Shown one piece after another: positions 13,301-25,100 of a DNA stretch of 64,000 nucleotides. Origin of the DNA: Gordius albopunctatus (Eukaryota); contig OZ193909.1 in NCBI GenBank assembly GCA_964276515.1, positions 9,672,001-9,736,000 of the forward strand, in the 5' to 3' direction. The notes under the pieces are model-generated. The model was not told the DNA's origin. It ran no database searches and was given only the letters and a program-made list of their open reading frames with translations. Position 1 is the first letter of the stretch, and each line of letters opens with the position of its first letter. A program made the translations under genes and the position numbers.

Positions 13301-14005
13301 TTAAAGTTAATAATTTTTGAGGACGATCAAAAATTTTTCACTAATTGACCTCTGATATCAAATCTTTCATGACGGCTATATTGTTGAACAAAAAAATTGA
13401 AAAAATTTTGATGTCGAAAAAAATATTTATTTTCATATTCTATCAAAAGGGGGCTGAAAGAATCTTTAAAAGTTAGTAAATATTCTTAGCATCATGTCCT
13501 TGTTAGAATCCGTATGATAATTTTTGCATGGGGTGAGGTTTTAGATTGAGAGAAACTAAACTTTTCGTGTTGCGTTTAGATTGTTTCAAAATCGCTTTCT
13601 AAGCGTGTCTCTAGTTTTTGTGAATCAAACTCTATTTGATCGTGATTTAAAGTTAATAATTTTTGAGGACTGATCAAAAAATTTTTCACTAATTGACCTC
13701 TGATATCAAAAACTTTCATGACGGCTATATTGTTGAACAAAAAAATTGAAAAATTTTTGAAGTCGAAAAAAATATTTATTTTCATATTCTATCAAAAGGG
13801 GGCTGAAAGAATCTTTAAAAGTTAGTAAATATTCTTAGCATCATGTCCTTGTTAGAATCCGTATGATAATTTTTGCATGGGGTGAGGTTTTAGATTGAGA
13901 GAAACTAAACTTTTCGTGTTGCGTTTAGATTGTTTCAAAATCGCTTTCTAAGCGTGTCTCTAGTTTTTGAGAAACAAACTCTATTTGATCGTGATTTAAA
14001 GTTAA
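4313..14005. repeat. ~4.4-kb block in two copies (about 4313-8702 and 9616-14005; offset 5303 bp)
   Basis: ORF starts 4762/6349/7587/8273 recur at +5303. Rare variants CTTTCCTGACGGTTAT, CTAATTCACC and CTTTTTGTGTTG are shared. Confidence 0.9.
5772..8247. repeat. Tandem 4-monomer HOR (S-S-L-L, 1238 bp) x2, nested in the 5303-offset block; second instance about 11075-13550
   Basis: Anchors at 5772 and 7010; ORFs 6349/7587 and 11652/12890 are each 1238 bp apart and carry the AATTCACC allele. Confidence 0.88.
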
Positions 14006-15474
14006 AAACTTTTGAGGACTGATCAAAAAATTTTTTCACTAATTGACCTCTGATATCATAAACTTTCATGACGGCTATATTGTTGAACAAAAAAATTGAA
14101 AAAATTTTGATGTCGAAAAAAATATTTATTTTCATATTCTATCGAAAGGGTGCTGAAAGAATCTTTAAAATTTAGAAACTAAACTTTTCGTGTTGCGTTT
14201 AGATTGTTTCAAAATAGCTTTCTAAGCGTGTCTCTAGTTTTTGCGAAACAAACTCTATGTGATCGTGATTTAAAGTTAATAATTTTTGAGGACTGATCAA
14301 AAAATTTTTTCACTAATTGACCTCTGATATCAAAAACTTTCATGACGGCTATATTGTTGAACAAAAAAATTGAAAAATTTTTGAAGTCGAAAAAAATATT
14401 TATTTTCATATTCTATCAAAAGGGGGCTGAAAGAATCTTTAAAAGTTAGTAAATATTCTTAGCATCATGTCCTTGTTAGAATCCGTATGATAATTTTTGC
14501 ACGGGGTGAGGTTTTAGATTGAGAGAAACTAAACTTTTCGTGTTGCGTTTAGATTGTTTCAAAATCGCTTTCTAAGCGTGTCTCTAGTTTTTGAGAAACA
14601 AACTCTATTTGATCGTGATTTAAAGTTAATAATTTTTGAGGACGATCAAAAATTTTTCACTAATTGACCTCTGATATCAAATCTTTCATGACGGCTATAT
14701 TGTTGAACAAAAAAATTGAAAAAATTTTGATGTCGAAAAAAATATTTATTTTCATATTCTTTCGAAAGGGGGATGAAAAAATCTTTAAAAGTTAGTAAAT
14801 ATTCTTAGCATCATGTCCTTGTTAGAATCCGTATGATAATTTTTGCATGGGGTGAGGTTTTAGATTGAGAGAAACTAAACTTTTCGTGTTGCGTTTAGAT
14901 TGTTTCAAAATCGCTTTCTAAGCGTGTCTCTAGTTTTTGTGAATCAAACTCTATTTGATCGTGATTTAAAGTTAATAATTTTTGAGGACTGATCAAAAAA
15001 TTTTTCACTAATTGACCTCTGATATCAAAAACTTTCATGACGGCTATATTGTTGAACAAAAAAATTGAAAAATTTTTGAAGTCGAAAAAAATATTTATTT
15101 TCATATTCTATCAAAAGGGGGCTGAAAGAATCTTTAAAAGTTAGTAAATATTCTTAGCATCATGTCCTTGTTAGAATCCGTATGATAATTTTTGCACGGG
15201 GTGAGGTTTTAGATTGAGAGAAACTAAACTTTTCGTGTTGCGTTTAGATTGTTTCAAAATCGCTTTCTAAGCGTGTCTCTAGTTTTTGAGAAACAAACTC
15301 TATTTGATCGTGATTTAAAGTTATTAATTTTTGAGGACGATCAAAAATTTTTCACTAATTGACCTCTGATATCAAATCTTTCATGACGGCTATATTGTTG
15401 AACAAAAAAATTGAAAAAATTTTGATGTCGAAAAAAATATTTATTTTCATATTCTTTCGAAAGGGGGATGAAAA

Positions 15475-18400
15475 AATCTTTAAAAGTTAGTAAATATTCT
15501 TAGCATCATGTCCTTGTTAGAATCCGTATGATAATTTTTGCATGGGGTGAGGTTTTAGATTGAGAGAAACTAAACTTTTCGTGTTGCGTTTAGATTGTTT
15601 CAAAATCGCTTTCTAAGCGTGTCTCTAGTTTTTGTGAATCAAACTCTATTTGATCGTGATTTAAAGTTAATAATTTTTGAGGACTGATCAAAAAATTTTT
15701 CACTAATTGACCTCTGATATCAAAAACTTTCATGACGGCTATATTGTTGAACAAAAAAATTGAAAAATTTTTGAAGTCGAAAAAAATATTTATTTTCATA
15801 TTCTATCAAAAGGGGGCTGAAAGAATCTTTAAAAGTTAGTAAATATTCTTAGCATCATGTCCTTGTTAGAATCCGTATGATAATTTTTGCACGGGGTGAG
15901 GTTTTAGATTGAGAGAAACTAAACTTTTCGTGTTGCGTTTAGATTGTTTCAAAATCGCTTTCTAAGCGTGTCTCTAGTTTTTGAGAAACAAACTCTATTT
16001 GATCGTGATTTAAAGTTAATAATTTTTGAGGACGATCAAAAATTTTTCACTAATTGACCTCTGATATCAAAAACTTTCATGACGGCTATATTGTTGAACA
16101 AAAAAATTGAAAAAATTTTGATGTCGAAAAAAATATTTATTTTCCTATTCTTTCGAAAGGGGGATGAAATAATCTTTAAAATTAAGAAACTAAACTTTTC
16201 GGGTTGCGTTTAGATTGTTTCAAAATCGCTTTCTAAGCGTGTCTCTAGTTTTTGTGAAACAAACTCTATTTGATCGTGATTTAAAGTTAATAATTTTTGA
16301 GGACTGATCAAAAAATTTTTCACTAATTGACCTCTGATATCAAAAACTTTCATGACGGCTATATTGTTGAACAAAAAAATTGAAAAATTTTTGAAGTCGA
16401 AAAAAATATTTATTTTCATATTCTATCAAAAGGGGGCTGAAAGAATCTTTAAAAGTTAGTAAATATTCTTAGCATCATGTCCTTGTTAGAATCCGTATGA
16501 TAATTTTTGCACGGGGTGAGGTTTTAGATTGAGAGAAACTAAACTTTTCGTGTTGCGTTTAGATTGTTTCAAAATCGCTTTCTAAGCGTGTCTCTAGTTT
16601 TTGAGAAACAAACTCTATTTGATCGTGATTTAAAGTTAATAATTTTTGAGGACGATCAAAAATTTTTCACTAATTGACCTCTGATATCAAATCTTTCATG
16701 ACGGCTATATTGTTGAACAAAAAAATTGAAAAAATTTTGATGTCGAAAAAAATATTTATTTTCATATTCTATCAAAAGGGGGCTGAAAGAATCTTTAAAA
16801 GTTAGTAAATATTCTTAGCATCATGTCCTTGTTAGAATCCGTATGATAATTTTTGCATGGGGTGAGGTTTTAGATTGAGAGAAACTAAACTTTTCGTGTT
16901 GCGTTTAGATTGTTTCAAAATCGCTTTCTAAGCGTGTCTCTAGTTTTTGTGAATCAAACTCTATTTGATCGTGATTTAAAGTTAATAATTTTTGAGGACT
17001 GATCAAAAAATTTTTCACTAATTGACCTCTGATATCAAAAACTTTCATGACGGCTATATTGTTGAACAAAAAAATTGAAAAATTTTTGAAGTCGAAAAAA
17101 ATATTTATTTTCATATTCTATCAAAAGGGGGCTGAAAGAATCTTTAAAAGTTAGTAAATATTCTTAGCATCATGTCCTTGTTAGAATCCGTATGATAATT
17201 TTTGCACGGGGTGAGGTTTTAGATTGAGAGAAACTAAACTTTTCGTGTTGCGTTTAGATTGTTTCAAAATCGCTTTCTAAGCGTGTCTCTAGTTTTTGAG
17301 AAACAAACTCTATTTGATCGTGATTTAAAGTTAATAATTTTTGAGGACGATCAAAAATTTTTCACTAATTGACCTCTGATATCAAAAACTTTCATGACGG
17401 CTATATTGTTGAACAAAAAAATTGAAAAAATTTTGATGTCGAAAAAAATATTTATTTTCCTATTCTTTCGAAAGGGGGATGAAAAAATCTTTAAAATTAA
17501 GAAACTAAACTTTTCGGGTTGCGTTTAGATTGTTTCAAAATCGCTTTCTAAGCGTGTCTCTAGTTTTTGTGAAACAAACTCTATTTGATCGTGATTTAAA
17601 GTTAATAATTTTTGAGGACTGATCAAAAATTTTTTCACTAATTGACCTCTGATATCAAAAACTTTCATGACGGCTATATTGTTGAACAAAAAAATTGAAA
17701 AATTTTTGAAGTCGAAAAAAATATTTATTTTCATATTCTATCAAAAGGGGGCTGAAAGAATCTTTAAAAGTTAGTAAATATTCTTAGCATCATGTCCTTG
17801 TTAGAATCCGTATGATAATTTTTGCACGGGGTGAGGTTTTAGATTGAGAGAAACTAAACTTTTCGTGTTGCGTTTAGATTGTTTCAAAATCGCTTTCTAA
17901 GCGTGTCTCTAGTTTTTGAGAAACAAACTCTATTTGATCGTGATTTAAAGTTAATAATTTTTGAGGACGATCAAAAATTTTTCACTAATTGACCTCTGAT
18001 ATCAAATCTTTCATGACGGCTATATTGTTGAACAAAAAAATTGAAAAAATTTTGATGTCGAAAAAAATATTTATTTTCATATTCTATCAAAAGGGGGCTG
18101 AAAGAATCTTTAAAAGTTAGTAAATATTCTTAGCATCATGTCCTTGTTAGAATCCGTATGATAATTTTTGCATGGGGTGAGGTTTTAGATTGAGAGAAAC
18201 TAAACTTTTCGTGTTGCGTTTAGATTGTTTCAAAATCGCTTTCTAAGCGTGTCTCTAGTTTTTGTGAATCAAACTCTATTTGATCGTGATTTAAAGTTAA
18301 TAATTTTTGAGGACTGATCAAAAAATTTTTCACTAATTGACCTCTGATATCAAAAACTTTCATGACGGCTATATTGTTGAACAAAAAAATTGAAAAATTT

Positions 18401-19102
18401 TTGAAGTCGAAAAAAATATTTATTTTCATATTCTATCAAAAGGGGGCTGAAAGAATCTTTAAAAGTTAGTAAATATTCTTAGCATCATGTCCTTGTTAGA
18501 ATCCGTATGATAATTTTTGCACGGGGTGAGGTTTTAGATTGAGAGAAACTAAACTTTTCGTGTTGCGTTTAGATTGTTTCAAAATCGCTTTCTAAGCGTG
18601 TCTCTAGTTTTTAAGAAACAAACTCTATTTGATCGTGATTTAAAGTTAATAATTTTTGAGGACGATCAAAAATTTTTCACTAATTGACCTCTGATATCAA
18701 AAACTTTCATGACGGCTATATTGTTGAACAAAAAAATTGAAAAAATTTTGATGTCGAAAAAAATATTTATTTTCCTATTCTTTCGAAAGGGGGATGAAAA
18801 AATCTTTAAAATTAAGAAACTAAACTTTTCGGGTTGCGTTTAGATTGTTTCAAAATCGCTTTCTAAGCGTGTCTCTAGTTTTTGTGAAACAAACTCTATT
18901 TGATCGTGATTTAAAGTTAATAATTTTTGAGGACTGATCAAAAAATTTTTCACTAATTGACCTCTGATATCAAAAACTTTCATGACGGCTATATTGTTGA
19001 ACAAAAAAATTGAAAAATTTTTGAAGTCGAAAAAAATATTTATTTTCATATTCTATCAAAAGGGGGCTGAAAGAATCTTTAAAAGTTAGTAAATATTCTT
19101 AG
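15475..19102. repeat. Tandem 4-monomer HOR (L-S-L-L, 1315 bp), about 2.8 copies
   Basis: ORFs 15590/16905/18220 and 16210/17525/18840 are spaced 1315 bp apart; 349+271+349+346=1315. Confidence 0.9.
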
Positions 19103-22100
19103 AATCATGTCCTTGTTAGAATCCGTATGATAATTTTTGAACGGAGTGAGGTTTTAGATTGAGAGAAACTAAACTTTTCGTGTTGCGTTTAGATTGTTTC
19201 AAAATCGCTTTCTAAGCGTGTCTCTAGTTTTTGTGAAAGAAACTTTTTTTGATCGTGATTTAAAGTTAATAATTTTTGAGGACTGATCAAAAATTTTTTC
19301 ACTAATTGACCTCTGATATCAAAAACTTTCATGACGGCTATATTGTTGAACAAAAAAATTGAAAAAAATTTTGATGTCGAAAAAAATATTTATTTTCCTA
19401 TTCTTTCGAAAGGGGGATGAAAAAATCTTTAAAATTTAGAAACTAAACTTTTCGTGTTGCGTTTAGATTGTTTCAAAATCGCTTTCTAAGAGTGTCTCTA
19501 GTTTTTGAGAAACAAACTCTATTTGATCGTGATTTAAAGTTAAAAACTTTTGAGGACTGATCAAAAATTTTTTTCACTAATTGACCTCTGATATCAAAAA
19601 CTTTCATGACGGCTATATTGTTGAACAAAAAAATTGAAAAATTTTTGAAGTCGAAAAAAAATATTTATTTTCCTATTCTTTCCAAAGGGGGATGAAAAAA
19701 TCTTTAAAATTTAGAAACTAAACTTTTCGTGTTGCGTTTAGATTGTTTCAAAATCGCTTTCTAAGCGTGTCTCTAGTTTTTGAGAAACAAACTCTATTTG
19801 ATCGTGATTTAAAGTTAAAAACTTTTGAGGACTGATCAAAAATTTTTTTCACTAATTGACCTCTGATATCAAAAACTTTCATGACGGCTATATTGTTGAA
19901 CAAAAAAATTGAAAAATTTTTGAAGTCGAAAAAAATATTTATTTTCCTATTCTTTCGAAAGGGGGATGAAAAAATCTTTAAAAGTTAGAAACTAAACTTT
20001 TCGTGTTGCGTTTAGATTGTTTCAAAATCGCTTTCTAAGCGTGTCTCTAGTTTTTGTGAAACAAACTCTATTTGATCGTGATATAAAGTTAATAATTTTT
20101 GAGGACTGATCAAAAAATTTTTCACTAATTGACCTCTGATATCAAAAACTTTCATGACGCCTATATTGTTGAACAAAAAAATTGAAAAATTTTTGAAGTC
20201 GAAAAAAATATTTATTTTCATATTCTATCAAAAGGGGGCTGAAAGAATCTTTAAAAGTTAGTAAATATTCTTAGCATCATGTCCTTGTTAGAATCCGTAT
20301 GATAATTTTTGCACGGGGTGAGGTTTTAGATTGAGAGAAACTAAACTTTTCGTGTTGCGTTTAGATTGTTTCAAAATCGCTTTCTAAGCGTGTCTCTAGT
20401 TTTTGAGAAACAAACTCTATTTGATCGTGATTTAAAGTTAAAAACTTTTGAGGACTGATCAAAAATTTTTTTCACTAATTGACCTCTGATATCAAAAACT
20501 TTCATGACGGCTATATTGTTGAACAAAAAAATTGAAAAATTTTTGAAGTCGAAAAAAATATTTATTTTCCTATTCTTTCGAAAGGGGGATGAAAAAATCT
20601 TTAAAAGTTAGAAACTAAACTTTTCGTGTTGCGTTTAGATTGTTTCAAAATCGCTTTCTAAGCGTGTCTCTAATTTTTGTGAAACAAACTCTATTTGATC
20701 GTGATATAAAGTTAATAATTTTTGAGGACTGATCAAAAAATTTTTCACTAATTGACCTCTGATATCAAAAACTTTCATGACGCCTATATTGTTGAACAAA
20801 AAAATTGAAAAATTTTTGAAGTCGAAAAAAATATTTATTTTCATATTCTATCAAAAGGGGGCTGAAAGAATCTTTAAAAGTTAGTAAATATTCTTAGCAT
20901 CATGTCCTTGTTAGAATCCGTATGATAATTTTTGCACGGGGTGAGGTTTTAGATTGAGAGAAACTAAACTTTTCGTGTTGCGTTTAGATTGTTTCAAAAT
21001 CGCTTTCTAAGCGTGTCTCTAGTTTTTGAGAAACAAACTCTATTTGATCGTGATTTAAAGTTAAAAATTTTTGAGGACTGATCAAAAATTTTTTTCACTA
21101 ATTGACCTCTGATATCAAAAACTTTCATGACGGCTATATTGTTGAACAAAAAAATTGAAAAATTTTTGAAGTCGAAAAAAATATTTATTTTCATATTCTA
21201 TCAAAAGGGGGCTGAAAGAATCTTTAAAAGTTAGTAAATATTCTTAGCATCATGTCCTTGTTAGAATCCGTATGATAATTTTTGCACGGGGTGAGGTTTT
21301 AGATTGAGAGAAACTAAACTTTTCGTGTTGCGTTTAGATTGTTTCAAAATCGCTTTCTAAGCGTGTCTCTAGTTTTTGAGAAACAAACTCTATTTGATCG
21401 TGATTTAAAGTTAATAATTTTTGAGGACGATCAAAAATTTTTCACTAATTGACCTCTGATATCAAATCTTTCATGACGGCTATATTGTTGAACAAAAAAA
21501 TTGAAAAAATTTTGATGTCGAAAAAAATATTTATTTTCATATTCTATCAAAAGGGGGCTGAAAGAATCTTTAAAAGTTAGTAAATATTCTTAGCATCATG
21601 TCCTTGTTAGAATCCGTATGATAATTTTTGCATGGGGTGAGGTTTTAGATTGAAAGAAACTAAACTTTTCGTGTTGCGTTTAGATTGTTTCAAAATCGCT
21701 TTCTAAGCGTGTCTCTAGTTTTTGTGAATCAAACTCTATTTGATCGTGATTTAAAGTTAATAATTTTTGAGGACTGATCAAAAAATTTTTCACTAATTGA
21801 CCTCTGATATCAAAAACTTTCATGACGGCTATATTGTTGAACAAAAAAATTGAAAAATTTTTGAAGTCGAAAAAAATATTTATTTTCATATTCTATCAAA
21901 AGGGGGCTGAAAGAATCTTTAAAAGTTAGTAAATATTCTTAGCATCATGTCCTTGTTAGAATCCGTATGATAATTTTTGCATGGGGTGAGGTTTTAGATT
22001 GAGAGAAACTAAACTTTTCGTGTTGCGTTTAGATTGTTTCAAAATCGCTTTCTAAGCGTGTCTCTAGTTTTTGAGAAACAAACTCTATTTGATCGTGATT

Positions 22101-25100
22101 TAAAGTTAATAATTTTTGAGGACGATCAAAAATTTTTCACTAATTGACCTCTGATATCAAATCTTTCATGACGGCTATATTTTTGAACAAAAAAATTGAA
22201 AAAATTTTGATGTCGAAAAAAATATTTATTTTCATATTCTATCGAAAGAGTGCTGAAAGAATCTTTAAAATTTAGAAACTAAACTTTTCGTGTTGCGTTT
22301 AGATTGTTTCAAAATAGCTTTCTAAGCGTGTCTCTAGTTTTTGCGAAACAAACTCTATGTGATCGTGATTTAAAGTTAATAATTTTTGAGGACTGATCAA
22401 AAAAATTTTTCACTAATTGACCTCTGATATCAAAAACTTTCATGACGGCTATATTGTTGAACAAAAAAATTTCAAAAAATTTTGATGTCGAAAAAAATAT
22501 TTATTTTCCTATTCTTTCGAAAGGGGGATGAAAGAATCTTTAAAAGTTAGTAAATATTCTTAGCATCATGTCCTTGTTAGAATCCGTATGATAATTTTTG
22601 AACGGAGTGAGGTTTTAGATTGAGAGAAACTAAACTTTTCGTGTTGCGTTTAGATTGTTTCAAAATCGCTTTCTAAGCGTGTCTCTAGTTTTTGAGAAAC
22701 AAACTCTATTTGATCGTGATTTAAAGTTAAAAACTTTTGAGGACTGATCAAAAATTTTTTTCACTAATTGACCTCTGATATCATAAACTTTCATGACGGC
22801 TATATTTTTGAACAAAAAAATTGAAAAAATTTTGATGTCGAAAAAAATATTTATTTTCATATTCTATCGAAAGGGTGCTGAAAGAATCTTTAAAATTTAG
22901 AAACTAAACTTTTCGTGTTGCGTTTAGATTGTTTCAAAATAGCTTTCTAAGCGTGTCTCTAGTTTTTGCGAAACAAACTCTATGTGATCGTGATTTAAAG
23001 TTAATAATTTTTGAGGACGATCAAAAATTTTTCACTAATTGACCTCTGATATCAAATCTTTCATGACGGCTATATTGTTGAACAAAAAAATTTCAAAAAA
23101 TTTTGATGTCGAAAAAAATATTTATTTTCCTATTCTTTCGAAAGGGGGATGAAAGAATCTTTAAAAGTTAGTAAATATTCTTAGCATCATGTCCTTGTTA
23201 GAATCCGTATGATAATTTTTGAACGGAGTGAGGTTTTAGATTGAGAGAAACTAAACTTTTCGTGTTGCGTTTAGATTGTTTCAAAATCGCTTTCTAAGCG
23301 TGTCTCTAGTTTTTGAGAAACAAACTCTATTTGATCGTGATTTAAAGTTAAAAACTTTTGAGGACTGATCAAAAATTTTTTTCACTAATTGACCTCTGAT
23401 ATCAAAAACTTTCATGACGGCTATATTGTTGAACAAAAAAATTGAAAAAAATTTTGATGTCGAAAAAAATATTTATTTTCCTATTCTTTCGAAAGGGGGA
23501 TGAAAAAATCTTTAAAATTTAGAAACTAAACTTTTCGGGTTGCGTTTAGATTGTTTCAAAATCGCTTTCTAAGCGTGTCTCTAGTTTTTGTGAAACAAAC
23601 TCTATTTGATCGTGATTTAAAGTTAATAATTTTTGAGGACTGATCAAAAAATTTTTCACTAATTGACCTCTGATATCAAAAACTTTCATGACGGCTATAT
23701 TGTTGAACAAAAAAATTGAAAAATTTTTGAAGTCGAAAAAAATATTTATTTTCATATTCTATCAAAAGGGGGCTGAAAGAATCTTTAAAAGTTAGTAAAT
23801 ATTCTTAGAATCATGTCCTTGTTAGAATCCGTATGATAATTTTTGAACGGAGTGAGGTTTTAGATTGAGAGAAACTAAACTTTTCGTGTTGCGTTTAGAT
23901 TGTTTCAAAATCGCTTTCTAAGCGTGTCTCTAGTTTTTGTGAAAGAAACTTTTTTTGATCGTGATTTAAAGTTAATAATTTTTGAGGACTGATCAAAAAT
24001 TTTTTCACTAATTGACCTCTGATATCAAAAACTTTCATGACGGCTATATTGTTGAACAAAAAAATTGAAAAAAATTTTGATGTCGAAAAAAATATTTATT
24101 TTCCTATTCTTTCGAAAGGGTGATGAAAAAATCTTTAAAATTTAGAAACTAAACTTTTCGTGTTGCGTTTAGATTGTTTCAAAATCGCTTTCTAAGCGTG
24201 TCTCTAGTTTTTGTGAAACAAACTCTATTTGATCGTGATTTAAAGTTAATAATTTTTGAGGACGATCAAAAATTTTTCACTAATTGACCTCTGATATCAA
24301 ATCTTTCATGACGGCTATATTGTTGAACAAAAAAATTTCAAAAAATTTTGATGTCGAAAAAAATATTTATTTTCCTATTCTTTCGAAAGGGGGATGAAAA
24401 AATCTTTAAAATTTAGAAACTAAACTTTTCGGGTTGCGTTTAGATTGTTTCAAAATCGCTTTCTAAGCGTGTCTCTAGTTTTTGTGAAACAAACTCTATT
24501 TGATCGTGATTTAAAGTTAATAATTTTTGAGGACTGATCAAAAAATTTTTCACTAATTGACCTCTGATATCAAAAACTTTCATGACGGCTATATTGTTGA
24601 ACAAAAAAATTGAAAAATTTTTGAAGTCGAAAAAAATATTTATTTTCATATTCTATCAAAAGGGGGCTGAAAGAATCTTTAAAAGTTAGTAAATATTCTT
24701 AGAATCATGTCCTTGTTAGAATCCGTATGATAATTTTTGAACGGAGTGAGGTTTTAGATTGAGAGAAACTAAACTTTTCGTGTTGCGTTTAGATTGTTTC
24801 AAAATCGCTTTCTAAGCGTGTCTCTAGTTTTTGTGAAAGAAACTTTTTTTGATCGTGATTTAAAGTTAATAATTTTTGAGGACTGATCAAAAATTTTTTC
24901 ACTAATTGACCTCTGATATCAAAAACTTTCATGACGGCTATATTGTTGAACAAAAAAATTGAAAAAAATTTTGATGTCGAAAAAAATATTTATTTTCCTA
25001 TTCTTTCGAAAGGGGGATGAAAAAATCTTTAAAATTTAGAAACTAAACTTTTCGTGTTGCGTTTAGATTGTTTCAAAATCGCTTTCTAAGAGTGTCTCTA

